From positions 872 to 64,871 of the forward strand of contig PWEO01000127.1 in NCBI GenBank assembly GCA_003553525.1: a stretch of DNA of 64,000 nt, written 5' to 3'. A model generated the notes under the pieces. The model did no database searches. It saw only the letters and a list, made by a program, of their open reading frames with translations, and had not been told where the DNA came from. Positions 46,493 to 55,838 of this stretch are shown here, in pieces (positions within the stretch are counted from its first letter, which is position 1; each line of letters starts with the position of its first letter). Source of the DNA: Clostridiaceae bacterium (GTDB taxonomy: Bacteria > Bacillota > Clostridia > Peptostreptococcales > T1SED10-28). The position numbers were made by a program, and so were the translations under genes.

Positions 46493-47720
46493 CGTTTTCC
46501 TCTTTACTTTGTTTGAAAATATCTCCCAGGGTAACCTGTTCATCATTTACGCTATATTCTTGAGGATCTTCATCCTGAGATTTTTCTTTTTGATTTTCAT
46601 CATTTTCTTTTACTTCATTCTTTTTCTCATCTTCCAGTAAAGCTTTCATACTTAAACTGATTCGTTTATTTTCCTTATCTACACTTAAAACCTCTACTGT
46701 GATTTCATCACCTACATTAAGGACATCCGATGGTTTTTTTACATGTTGATTACTGATTTCTGATACATGAACTAACCCATCTACCCCAGGTTCCAGCTCT
46801 ACAAAAACCCCAAAGTCGAGGAGTTTAACAACTTTCCCTTCAACGACATTCCCTTTTCCATACTTATTCTCTATATCTGACCAAGGGTTTTCCATTAAAT
46901 TCTTTTTGCTTAAAGAAATTCTTTCCCGTTCCTTATCAACAGCAATGACTTGGACCTCGACTTCATCTCCGACAGAATATATTTCTGATGGTTGATCAAT
47001 TTTTCCCCAGGACATTTCAGAGATATGAAGCAGTCCATCCATTCCACCTAAATCAACAAATACGCCGAAATCTTTAATTTGGGTGACTTTTCCTGTGAAG
47101 GTTTTTCCGACTTCTAATTCTTCCAGCAATGCTTCTTTTTGTTTATTTCTTTCAGCTAATAATAAATTCTTTCTTGAAAGTACAGCTTTATTTCGTCTTT
47201 TATCAAAATCAATAATTTCAGCGTCATAAGTGTTTCCTACAAACTGAGAGAGATCTTTTGTATAACGATTGGAAATATGACTTGCGGGTATAAAGCATCG
47301 TATTCCATGACTATAACCTATCAATCCACCTTTTACTTCGTTCTGGACTTCCACTTCAACACTTTGGTTATTTTCATAAGCCTCTTCTAAGACCTCCCAG
47401 CCTTTCTCTGCATCTACTCGTTTTTTAGATACCAAGACATTACCTTCACCATCATCGAGTTTAATGATATACACCTCAACGGTATCTCCGATTTTCATTA
47501 AGTCGTTGGGACTTGCTGAAGGCTCTGAAGATAATTCTTCTTTAGGAATAATTCCGTCGGATTTATACCCTAAGTTCAATACAACTTCCTTTTCACTGAT
47601 ATCCATAACAGTTCCGGTGACTATATCTCCGGGATAAAACTTGTTCATTGATTTTTCAATCTCTTCCATAAAGTTTTCCATGTTTTCGTTATTCCCATTG
47701 TTTTCCTTTGAGTTGTTCAA
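46482..47720 (-). CDS. rpsA: 30S ribosomal protein S1 (four S1 domains)
   Basis: 412 aa with four repeated OB-fold S1 modules (…G.V…..FG.FV.L..G..GL.H.SE…) and acidic N- and C-terminal tails. Confidence 0.9.
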   Translation of the reverse strand: MNNSKENNGNNENMENFMEEIEKSMNKFYPGDIVTGTVMDISEKEVVLNLGYKSDGIIPKEELSSEPSASPNDLMKIGDTVEVYIIKLDDGEGNVLVSKKRVDAEKGWEVLEEAYENNQSVEVEVQNEVKGGLIGYSHGIRCFIPASHISNRYTKDLSQFVGNTYDAEIIDFDKRRNKAVLSRKNLLLAERNKQKEALLEELEVGKTFTGKVTQIKDFGVFVDLGGMDGLLHISEMSWGKIDQPSEIYSVGDEVEVQVIAVDKERERISLSKKNLMENPWSDIENKYGKGNVVEGKVVKLLDFGVFVELEPGVDGLVHVSEISNQHVKKPSDVLNVGDEITVEVLSVDKENKRISLSMKALLEDEKKNEVKENDENQKEKSQDEDPQEYSVNDEQVTLGDIFKQSKEENEES

Positions 47721-47733
47721 TGTAAAAAACCTC

Positions 47734-48579
47734 CTAATTATTTAATTTGTTTAAATATTTGATGACGTCTTGAATTATCCATTCCGGCGTTGAGGCACCA
47801 GCAGTAATGCCTACAGAGTCATAATTTTTTAAGTCTATAGGATCCAAAGCTGTGGCAGTTTCAATATGAAATGTGCTGTGAGGACGAATCCCTTTGCAGA
47901 TATCTACAAGCTTTTGGGTATTAGAGCTATTGTATCCACCAATAACAATCATTGCATCCACTTCAAGCGCCAGTTCTTTTGCTGACTCCTGTCTTTCCTT
48001 AGTAGCAAAGCAGGTGGTATCAAACTTTTCCACATGCTTAGCTCGTTGACTAAGCTGTTCACTTAAGGTTTCAAATCGAGATAAAGGCATTGTAGTTTGA
48101 ACAACAATGCAGAGCTTTTCAAAATGTTCCATATCCTCAGGAATATCGCATTCACTCTGAACAATCAATGCTTGATTTTCGCACCATCCATCTATACCAA
48201 TTACCTCAGGATGTTTAGGATCACCAATGACAGCTATTTTGTATCCCTTTTGATAGTAGTCTTTTACAATATTTTGGATTCTCCGAACAAAAGGACAGGT
48301 AGTATCAATGATCTCAAGATTCTTAGACTCTGCTTGGTTATAAGTATGCTTCCCTACACCGTGGGACCGAATTATAACTGTTCCATAGTGTATATCCTCG
48401 ATGTTATTAACGACGTCCAGACCTGTTTCCATAAGCTTTCCGATAACCTGTTTGTTGTGTATAATCGGACCTAGGGAATAAATATTTTGTTTGTTTCGCT
48501 GCGTTGCATCAAAAGCTTTATTAACAGCTTTTTCTACGCCAAAGCAAAAACCTGAGTTTCTCGCAACTTTAATTAGCAT
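47734..48579 (-). CDS. ispH: 4-hydroxy-3-methylbut-2-enyl diphosphate reductase
   Basis: 281 aa of the LytB family, with three conserved Cys contexts (GFCFGV, TTCPFV, TTCFAT). Confidence 0.95.
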   Translation of the reverse strand: MLIKVARNSGFCFGVEKAVNKAFDATQRNKQNIYSLGPIIHNKQVIGKLMETGLDVVNNIEDIHYGTVIIRSHGVGKHTYNQAESKNLEIIDTTCPFVRRIQNIVKDYYQKGYKIAVIGDPKHPEVIGIDGWCENQALIVQSECDIPEDMEHFEKLCIVVQTTMPLSRFETLSEQLSQRAKHVEKFDTTCFATKERQESAKELALEVDAMIVIGGYNSSNTQKLVDICKGIRPHSTFHIETATALDPIDLKNYDSVGITAGASTPEWIIQDVIKYLNKLNN

Positions 48580-48612
48580 ATCTACCTCCTATATACCCAA
48601 TCAGAATCCATA

Positions 48613-49284
48613 TTATCGATGAATTTTTCTGATCAATGATATAATTCTATCAACCACTTCATTTGTGGTGAGTGTAGTTGTGTCAATTTCAACAGCATCC
48701 TCAGCTTTAACTAAGGGGGCCTGTTCTCGATTAGAATCGATGGTATCTCTTTGGATAATATTTTTTTTCACAGCTTCAAAGGTTACGGACCCTGCCTTGT
48801 TCTGTCTAGATAGTTCTTCAAATCTTCTTGTTGCCCGTTCTTCTACAGACGCGGTTAAGAAAACTTTAAGATCTGCTTTAGGCAATACATGGGTTCCTAT
48901 ATCCCTTCCATCCATGATCACATCATGGTTATCTGCCAATTTTTGTTGAGCATTTACTAGAACGGTCCGTAGCGCTCCGATTTGTGAAACAAAAGAAACA
49001 TTCTCACTAACCATTGGAGTTCGTATTTCCTTAGAACGATTCTCTCCATTAACAAAGATTTCACTCCCATCTTTAGAAAAATCAAAAGTAGTGTTTTTTG
49101 CAATATTTATGATTTTTTGTTCATCATCGATAGCTATCCCCTCTTGTAAGACAAGAAAAGTAATTGCCCTGTACATTGCTCCTGTATCAATGTAGAGCAA
49201 GTCCATCTTTTTAGCAACTTTTTTTGCCACAGTGCTTTTGCCTGCACCTGCCGGACCATCAATTGCTACAGATATATTTTTCAT
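48613..49284 (-). CDS. cmk: cytidylate kinase
   Basis: P-loop GPAGAGKST. ATG 49284 lies 5 nt after AAGGAGG; the ORF-track start at 49326 has no RBS. Confidence 0.93.
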   Translation of the reverse strand: MKNISVAIDGPAGAGKSTVAKKVAKKMDLLYIDTGAMYRAITFLVLQEGIAIDDEQKIINIAKNTTFDFSKDGSEIFVNGENRSKEIRTPMVSENVSFVSQIGALRTVLVNAQQKLADNHDVIMDGRDIGTHVLPKADLKVFLTASVEERATRRFEELSRQNKAGSVTFEAVKKNIIQRDTIDSNREQAPLVKAEDAVEIDTTTLTTNEVVDRIISLIRKIHR

Positions 49285-49385
49285 AGATGCCTCCTTGATC
49301 CTTATGCTATATAAATCTATTTTCATTCCACTATAAATTATACATTAAATTGTTGATACTAACAAGTTTTTCAGTCTTTTTATAG

Positions 49386-49424
49386 AAAAAGAACTTAGAA
49401 ATTAATCATCTCTAAGTTCTTTTT
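49386..49424 (-). terminator. rho-independent terminator after the RpiR-family gene
   Basis: AAAAAGAACTTAGA / TCTAAGTTCTTTTT perfect stem with flanking A/T runs. Confidence 0.7.
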
Positions 49425-49434
49425 AAAAAGGAGT

Positions 49435-50319
49435 TTATTCTCCTCTTTTATTATTATAGATGTTATATCTTTCCCATATATTCTCTAGTTTATTAAAATA
49501 TTTCGTGATCTCATCTTTTTCCCGCATACCGACGGCAACAATTATTGCGTTAATTAGGCTTAACGGAGCAACTAATGAGTCTACAAAGGAAGCCATGTTA
49601 CTTTTGGCAGTTAAGGTATAATTACATATTTCATTTAAAGGTGAAAACACCGTGTCGGTAATTCCAATGATTTTTACATTTTGTTCTTTAATGTACCGTA
49701 GAGCTTCAATTGTTCGATTTGAATACCTTGGAAAACTTATCCCTATGACTAAGTCATTTTCAGTAACGCGCAAGGTCTGCTCGAAAATGTCACTAACGCC
49801 ATACCCTACAATGCGAACATTATCTAAAATCATGTTCAAGTAAAAACCAAAGTACTCAGCTAAAGCAGTGGAGCTTCTGAGCCCTACAATATAGATCTTA
49901 TCTGCTAGAAAAATTTCATTAATTACTTTTTGGAAAACATCATAATCGATATTTTCTAAGGTATAGTTAATGTTTTCCATGTCAGAACGCAACACTTTTC
50001 GAATAATATCTCCTTCATTTGTGTATTGTGTTCCCATTTCAACCCTTTGTACCGTAGTAAGTTTTGTCTTAATGATTTCTTGTAATCCTCTTTGTAGTTG
50101 AGGATAGCCCTCAAAACCTAAGGTGTTGGCAAATCGAACAACCGTTGATTCACTGACACCAACTTTTTGACCGATTTTCGAAGCCGTCATAAAAGCGGCC
50201 TTATCATAGTTGTTGATAATGTACTCCGCAATAAGTTTTTGGCCTTTGCTTAGTTTCGAAAACTTGTTTTTGATTTGATTGATTAGATCTCTTTTTTCAT
50301 CTACCATATCAGCGTCCAT
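49435..50319 (-). CDS. MurR/RpiR-family transcriptional regulator (HTH + SIS domain)
   Basis: 294 aa with an N-terminal HTH_6 (SKIGQKVGVSESTVVRFANTLGF) and a C-terminal SIS domain. It lies 45 nt downstream of the oxidoreductase gamma subunit. Confidence 0.88.
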   Translation of the reverse strand: MDADMVDEKRDLINQIKNKFSKLSKGQKLIAEYIINNYDKAAFMTASKIGQKVGVSESTVVRFANTLGFEGYPQLQRGLQEIIKTKLTTVQRVEMGTQYTNEGDIIRKVLRSDMENINYTLENIDYDVFQKVINEIFLADKIYIVGLRSSTALAEYFGFYLNMILDNVRIVGYGVSDIFEQTLRVTENDLVIGISFPRYSNRTIEALRYIKEQNVKIIGITDTVFSPLNEICNYTLTAKSNMASFVDSLVAPLSLINAIIVAVGMREKDEITKYFNKLENIWERYNIYNNKRGE

Positions 50320-50364
50320 CCCACCATTTATATATTTTTATTCTTTATAATTATATCATAAAAA

Positions 50365-50910
50365 TCATTTAACGTGGCCGGAAACTAACTTGTATCCCTC
50401 TTGCAAAGCAAGACGATTTAATTCTTGAGTTCCCGGTGGGACTCGCTTTAACACGGCCTGCTCAAGGCTTTCTTTTGAAACAACCTTTGTGGCTTCTTGA
50501 ATAACTCCAAGGGCAACAATATTGGCAACCATCACTTTGCCAACTTCATGGGTGGCAGTTTCAATTACGGGGATCTGAATGATATTATAGCTGGTTTCAA
50601 TCTTGTCAAAATTCACATCGGAATCAATAATTAATATACCGTCATCTTTAAGATCCGGAATATATTTACAGTACGATTCTCGGGTTAAACATAAAAGTAC
50701 ATCAGAATTTTGAATTTTAGGGTAAAATATTTCTTCGTCACTGATGATAACCTCCGCTTTGCTTGCTCCTCCCCTGGCTTCAGGACCATAGGATTGAGAT
50801 TGAATAGCATTTAGATCATCTAATAATGCAGCTTCCGCAAGGATGATACCTGCAAGGATTAACCCCTGGCCACCGGAACCTGTCAGCCTAATTTCTGTAC
50901 GTTTAGCCAT
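50365..50910 (-). CDS. 2-oxoacid:ferredoxin oxidoreductase, gamma subunit
   Basis: 181 aa with the N-terminal GSGGQG motif of the POR/KOR gamma family. Confidence 0.88.
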   Translation of the reverse strand: MAKRTEIRLTGSGGQGLILAGIILAEAALLDDLNAIQSQSYGPEARGGASKAEVIISDEEIFYPKIQNSDVLLCLTRESYCKYIPDLKDDGILIIDSDVNFDKIETSYNIIQIPVIETATHEVGKVMVANIVALGVIQEATKVVSKESLEQAVLKRVPPGTQELNRLALQEGYKLVSGHVK

Positions 50911-50911
50911 C

Positions 50912-51739
50912 TTAATCCTCCTTCATAAATTTATCGACAACTTTATGATATTCTTCGCAAAATTCCGGGTATGTTTTGTTAACAAACTCGCCAATAATCA
51001 ACTTTCCTTCAACTTTTTCAGGAGGTAATTTAGCGGCTACTTTTTTATCTAAAGTAGTGTCCTTTAAATTCATCATCATTTCCGCAGCATCACCTTTACG
51101 ATTTTTGCGACCGTAATAAGTTGGACAAATACTGATTCCTTCAACAATGGAAAATCCTTTGTTTTCGAGTGCATTTTCTATATTTTTTTCTAACTGTTTA
51201 GCATGATATACGGTCCCCCGTGCTACGTAGGTTGCTCCTGCCCCCTCTGCTAATCGACAGATATCAAACACATTATCCACGTTTCCATAGGGAGCTGTAG
51301 TTCCTAATTCTCCATGAGGTGTGGTTGGAGAATACTGCCCTCCCGTCATTCCGTAAATATTGTTGTTAAAAATAATTGTAGTAATATCGATGTTTCGTCT
51401 CGCGGCGTGAATTAAATGATTTCCTCCAATGGCTGTCGCATCCCCATCCCCGCTAATTACGATGACTTTTAAATCTGGATTGGCAAGCTTTACTCCAGTT
51501 GCAAAAGCCAATGCCCTACCGTGAGTGGTGTGTAAAGTATTAAAATCCATATAACCCGGTGCTCTTGATGAACATCCGATACCTGATATAATACAGACCT
51601 TTTGTTTATCATAGCCTAGTTTTTCGATGGCTTCTGCGATTCCCCGCATAATAATTCCATGACCGCATCCGGGACACCAAATATGAGGTAATCGATTCAT
51701 ACGAAAATTATTTTCTATTAATTTACTAGCTACTGCCAT
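50912..51739 (-). CDS. 2-oxoacid:ferredoxin oxidoreductase, beta (TPP-binding) subunit
   Basis: 275 aa with CPGCGHG and the TPP motif GDGD...GGNH. Confidence 0.9.
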   Translation of the reverse strand: MAVASKLIENNFRMNRLPHIWCPGCGHGIIMRGIAEAIEKLGYDKQKVCIISGIGCSSRAPGYMDFNTLHTTHGRALAFATGVKLANPDLKVIVISGDGDATAIGGNHLIHAARRNIDITTIIFNNNIYGMTGGQYSPTTPHGELGTTAPYGNVDNVFDICRLAEGAGATYVARGTVYHAKQLEKNIENALENKGFSIVEGISICPTYYGRKNRKGDAAEMMMNLKDTTLDKKVAAKLPPEKVEGKLIIGEFVNKTYPEFCEEYHKVVDKFMKED

Positions 51740-52876
51740 TTATAGTACCTCCTCAATTTTATTTAAAACCTCGGTAGGCGTGATCGGTTCTCCATTCGCT
51801 TTTCCAAGTAAGGATACTTCACAGTTCTTTCCTGCCACACGATCTACTTCATAGAAGTATTGTCCTAGATTCATTTCCGCAACAATTATTTTATTAACGG
51901 TTTTGCTTAACTCTTTAACTCTTTTTTCTGGAAATGGCCATAGGGTTTTTGCTTTAAATACCCCAACTTTTTTTCCAGCTCGTTGTGCTTCTCGAACAGC
52001 ACTCAGAACACTTCGCGCGGTACCGCCATAGGAAAGAATCAATAAATCCATGTCCTCGGTATAATACTCATCATAGAGTATTATATCATCCAAATTATTA
52101 TCAATCTTACCCATAATACGACTCATCAGAACTTCAGTGACTTTAGTATCATTTTTTGGAAAACCAAACTCATCGTGCATGAGTCCAGTTACATGGAATC
52201 GAAAACCTTCACCGAAGGCTGCCATTTTAGGAACTTCTAAGCTATTATCATAGGCTTTGTAGCTTCCTTTTTCATTTTCCTCCGGAGTTACGCGATCGAA
52301 TATTTCGATATCAGAAGGATCAGGAATCTCAATTTTCTCTCTCATATGTCCGATAATTTCATCCAACATTAAAAAAACAGGGGTTCTATATTTCTCTGCA
52401 AAATTAAAGGCTTGAATTGTCAAATCATAGGTTTCACGAATAGAACTAGGTGTTAAGGCTATAACCGGGTGATCCCCATGGGTTCCCCACTTTGCTTGCA
52501 TAACATCACTTTGGGATGGAGCTGTAGGTAATCCTGTGCTGGGTCCTCCTCGTTGAACATCCACAATAACACAGGGTATCTCTGTCAACATGGCATAACC
52601 AATATTTTCTTGTTTTAAAGAAAATCCGGGTCCACTAGTTGCAGTCATAGATTTAAGACCTGCTAATGCCCCCCCGATAGTAGCAGCCATCCCTGCAATT
52701 TCATCTTCCATTTGAATGAACTTACCTCCTACACGAGGTAGTTTTTGTGCAGACAGTTCAGCAATCTCGGTAGAGGGGGTAATGGGATAACCGGCGAAAA
52801 ATTTCATTCCCGCGGCAAGCGCCCCTTCAACACAGGCTTCATTTCCTTGCATTAATTTCACGTTTTTACTGACCAT
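51740..52876 (-). CDS. 2-oxoacid:ferredoxin oxidoreductase, alpha subunit
   Basis: 378 aa with a pyrimidine-binding domain (GYPITPSTEI). Subunit sizes fit four-subunit KOR/VOR-type enzymes; the substrate is not determinable from sequence by eye. Confidence 0.9.
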   Translation of the reverse strand: MVSKNVKLMQGNEACVEGALAAGMKFFAGYPITPSTEIAELSAQKLPRVGGKFIQMEDEIAGMAATIGGALAGLKSMTATSGPGFSLKQENIGYAMLTEIPCVIVDVQRGGPSTGLPTAPSQSDVMQAKWGTHGDHPVIALTPSSIRETYDLTIQAFNFAEKYRTPVFLMLDEIIGHMREKIEIPDPSDIEIFDRVTPEENEKGSYKAYDNSLEVPKMAAFGEGFRFHVTGLMHDEFGFPKNDTKVTEVLMSRIMGKIDNNLDDIILYDEYYTEDMDLLILSYGGTARSVLSAVREAQRAGKKVGVFKAKTLWPFPEKRVKELSKTVNKIIVAEMNLGQYFYEVDRVAGKNCEVSLLGKANGEPITPTEVLNKIEEVL

Positions 52877-53078
52877 TTTCTTCCTCCTCTAAATATATTG
52901 CAAAATCTGGACATCTCAGTTCACAAAGTCCACATTTAATACATTTTTCTTTATCAGTTATATGAATCTTTTCTTTTTTTAATTCAAGAATTTTAACCGG
53001 GCAAAAAGCAACACAAATTCCACAACCTTTACACCAAGCTTTGTTTGTTTTCAGTGATATATTTTTCTTATCCGACAA
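52866..53078 (-). CDS. 2-oxoacid:ferredoxin oxidoreductase, delta subunit (2x[4Fe-4S] ferredoxin)
   Basis: 70 aa with CKGCGICVAFCP and CIKCGLCELRCP. TTG start about 9 nt after GGGAG. It overlaps the alpha subunit gene by 11 nt. Confidence 0.85.
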   Translation of the reverse strand: MSDKKNISLKTNKAWCKGCGICVAFCPVKILELKKEKIHITDKEKCIKCGLCELRCPDFAIYLEEEENGQ

Positions 53079-53144
53079 GATATTCCACTCCCTTCCAGTG
53101 ATTAATCTTTACTCTCAAGTATTAGAATAGCAAAGTTCTGCGCC

Positions 53145-53206
53145 TTATGCAAGTTGTATTTCAAAATTATTTAAATAATCAAATTTTATGCAAGTTTCAT
53201 TTCAAA
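53145..53206. repeat. direct repeat of a 21-nt element upstream of the oxidoreductase operon
   Basis: TTATGCAAGTTGTATTTCAAA (53145-53165) and TTATGCAAGTTTCATTTCAAA (53186-53206) match at 19 of 21 positions and are offset by 41 bp. An inverted partial copy, AACTTGCAAT, lies at 53288-53297. Confidence 0.6.
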
Positions 53207-53298
53207 TGATGCAATTAACCCCGAGTGCATCGCCTATAGATAAAATTTGCTACAATATGCATTCCAAGGATGAAATGTTAAATTATAAACTTGCAATT

Positions 53299-53337
53299 TA
53301 AAAAGAAGCAAAATCCTAATGCTGGACTTTGCTTCTT
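53299..53337 (-). terminator. rho-independent terminator after the carboxyltransferase gene
   Basis: AAGAAGCAAA / TTTGCTTCTT stem. The T-run on the minus strand corresponds to the A-run at 53299-53304. Confidence 0.7.
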
Positions 53338-53351
53338 AATTGTTACATTGT

Positions 53352-54752
53352 TTAAACAGGGTGGGTTTTATCTTCTTCGTTAAATAGACTGCTTTCAATC
53401 CTATATTTTTCTGCATAACGTTTTTTAAAGAAAGGAAGAGCTACTTGTGGAAATAACGCATAGGATAATACATCTTCTTCCTGTTCTATATATTCTTTCA
53501 TTTCCTCTCGTATGATTTCAAGTTGCGGCTCAATATTATCAGCAGGGCGACAAGTGATTACTTCTTTATCACCGATTATTTTTTCAATAACCTCAGGGTT
53601 CATGGGCTTCGGCGGTTGTCCGTAAAGTCCGCTTACGTAATCGCGAACCTCCTTCGGCACCATTTTGTAACGCTCACCGGTAATTACATTAAATACCGAT
53701 TGAGTCCCTACAATTTGACTCATGGGAGTAACTAGAGGTGGATAACCTAAGTCTTCCCGAACCTTTGGAACTTCTTTTAATACCGCGTCCAGCTGATCTT
53801 CTTTTTTCTGTGCTTTTAATTGCGAGATCAAATTGGATAACATTCCTCCGGGAATTTGGTATATTAAAGTATTGGCATCTACTCCAAGAACTTTAGGATC
53901 AATCAGGCCTTCTTTCAAGTACCGATCACGTAGAGGCTTGAAATAATCTGCAACATCGCTAAGTTGTTTTAAATCTAAGCCTGAATCATATTTTGTTCCT
54001 TGAAGAGAAGCAACCATAGGTTCTGTAGGAGGTTGAGAGGTACCAAGAGCTAGAGGAGAGATAGCAGTATCAACAACATCGGCACCGGCTTCAATAGCTT
54101 TAAGATAGGTCATGGAAGCGATTCCACTGCTGTAGTGGGTATGCATTTGCACCGGAATTTTAATAGTCTCTTTTAAAGCTTTGACTAGATCATAAGCTAC
54201 GTAAGGAGTCAAAATTCCCGACATATCTTTTATACAAATTGAATCTGAACCCATATCTTCCATTTGTTTAGCTTTTTTCACATAGTATTCGATGTTATGA
54301 ACCGGACTCAATGTATAGGAAATACAACTTTGTGCATGTCCCCCTTCTTTTTTTGTTGCTTCCAAGGCGGTAATAAGATTTCTTGTATCATTTAGGGCGT
54401 CAAAATTCCGAATGATATCAATACCGTTATAGATTGCTCTCTTTACAAACTCCTCCACAACATCATCGGCATAATGTTTATAGCCTAAAATATTTTGTCC
54501 CCGAAGCAACATTTGCAGCTTGGTATTCTTTACTTCTTTTCTGATTTTTCGTAGTCGGTCCCAAGGGTCTTCATCAAGATATCGTAAACTGGAATCAAAA
54601 GTTGCACCACCCCACATCTCTAAGGAATGGTATCCTACCTTATCCAGGGCTGCTAAAATAGGAATCATATCTTCAGTTCTCATTCTTGTTGCTAACAGGG
54701 ATTGATGAGCGTCCCGCAATACAGTCTCTGTAAATTTAACTTGTTTTGACAT
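53352..54752 (-). CDS. oxaloacetate decarboxylase alpha / pyruvate carboxylase subunit B-type carboxyltransferase, without biotinyl domain
   Basis: About 466 aa with the HMGL-like TIM barrel motif LRDAHQSL and a conserved PYC_OADA domain. No (A/V)MKM biotin attachment motif is present. ATG 54752 lies 6 nt after GGAGG. Confidence 0.87.
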   Translation of the reverse strand: MSKQVKFTETVLRDAHQSLLATRMRTEDMIPILAALDKVGYHSLEMWGGATFDSSLRYLDEDPWDRLRKIRKEVKNTKLQMLLRGQNILGYKHYADDVVEEFVKRAIYNGIDIIRNFDALNDTRNLITALEATKKEGGHAQSCISYTLSPVHNIEYYVKKAKQMEDMGSDSICIKDMSGILTPYVAYDLVKALKETIKIPVQMHTHYSSGIASMTYLKAIEAGADVVDTAISPLALGTSQPPTEPMVASLQGTKYDSGLDLKQLSDVADYFKPLRDRYLKEGLIDPKVLGVDANTLIYQIPGGMLSNLISQLKAQKKEDQLDAVLKEVPKVREDLGYPPLVTPMSQIVGTQSVFNVITGERYKMVPKEVRDYVSGLYGQPPKPMNPEVIEKIIGDKEVITCRPADNIEPQLEIIREEMKEYIEQEEDVLSYALFPQVALPFFKKRYAEKYRIESSLFNEEDKTHPV

Positions 54753-55362
54753 CAAAATCCTCCTTTGAATGATTTATTTCTTTAAATTTTTCTATTAAAT
54801 AAATTATGGGTGGACAATGGTCATTATATGGCATGGACCCTTGAAAGATTTTAAAGTTCTTATTTGACAAGGTATCCAAAAACACTTCAATGGCTTGTTT
54901 TTCTATATTTCCTACGGGATGGCCATAGTAGATAACGATCGATATGATCCCGCCAACCTTTAACAGTGATATAGCAGATTTCAAGGAATTAATAGTGGAT
55001 TCGGGACGTGTAGTTATTGATTTATTACTTCCTGGAAGATACCCTAGATTGTACATAAAAGCGTCCACAGATTCAGATATATACTGTTCAAAATTTTCAT
55101 GGGAATCATTAATACAATGGATGTTTGGGTTGATTTCTTGGTTATACTGATGATTCTTTAATAGTGCTCGTGTTTGTTTTAATGCGGCTTTCTGTATATC
55201 AAAAGCATATACTTTTCCCTTCGGCAGTGCCCGTTGGCAGAGAAACAATGTATCGTTACCATTTCCCATGGTTGCATCCACAACCACGCTTCCATTTTTT
55301 ATTTTATGCTCTAATAGTATTTTTATGATACTTGTGTTGTGTATTAGAGAATTCGTTAGCAC
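54736..55362 (-). CDS. class I SAM-dependent methyltransferase, YtqB/MnmM-like (tRNA mnm5s2U methyltransferase family)
   Basis: 208 aa. The VVDATMGNGNDTLFL ... VYAFDIQ pattern matches what I recall of B. subtilis YtqB (MnmM). GTG start. It overlaps both neighbouring genes. Confidence 0.68.
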   Translation of the reverse strand: MLTNSLIHNTSIIKILLEHKIKNGSVVVDATMGNGNDTLFLCQRALPKGKVYAFDIQKAALKQTRALLKNHQYNQEINPNIHCINDSHENFEQYISESVDAFMYNLGYLPGSNKSITTRPESTINSLKSAISLLKVGGIISIVIYYGHPVGNIEKQAIEVFLDTLSNKNFKIFQGSMPYNDHCPPIIYLIEKFKEINHSKEDFDVKTS

Positions 55363-55778
55363 AGGGATCTTCCTTTACAAGGTTTATTAAAGAATGTTTG
55401 TAGATTTATTTCATAGAATAAAACATTGTTATAGGTTTTCTTTTCTATATTATCGATAGCTTCTTTTAAGTAATGGTTTATCCATTCAATATCACGTACT
55501 GCTACACTTTCATAATTTCTAGTTGAACAGTAATGTAGTGTCCCCCGTATTAATCCTTCAATGAGAGATGGCTCAAGATGATCAATTGTTCGAAAATCAT
55601 CAATTAACGGAATTTTTATTACTTGAAAATCGATTACTGTATAACCTTGTAGCTCTGTATTATTAAAAATTCCCCAAAATGTTCTAGAATCTTCTAATAA
55701 TTCTTTCGTACCAATTCGGGAGCAAAAATCTTGGAAGGAAGAATAATCATCCTGTGTGATTTTTCTAATCATTAACAT
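55356..55778 (-). CDS. hypothetical protein (140 aa, possibly degenerate GNAT-like)
   Basis: Good RBS (GAGGGG, 5 nt spacing) and a 7-nt overlap with the downstream methyltransferase gene. I recognise no catalytic motif. Confidence 0.55.
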   Translation of the reverse strand: MLMIRKITQDDYSSFQDFCSRIGTKELLEDSRTFWGIFNNTELQGYTVIDFQVIKIPLIDDFRTIDHLEPSLIEGLIRGTLHYCSTRNYESVAVRDIEWINHYLKEAIDNIEKKTYNNVLFYEINLQTFFNKPCKGRSLC

Positions 55779-55838
55779 TATAACCCCTCGTTTCTTAATT
55801 GTCTAGGTTTCGGTGATGAACAATGGTTTATGTGACAT

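Noticed and set aside
53129-53144. Sigma-54-like element on the minus strand upstream of the oxidoreductase operon (GGCGCA-N-TTTGCT)
   Set aside because: The GG to GC spacing is one base too long relative to TGGCAC-N5-TTGC, the -24 half is imperfect, and no enhancer-binding protein is adjacent.
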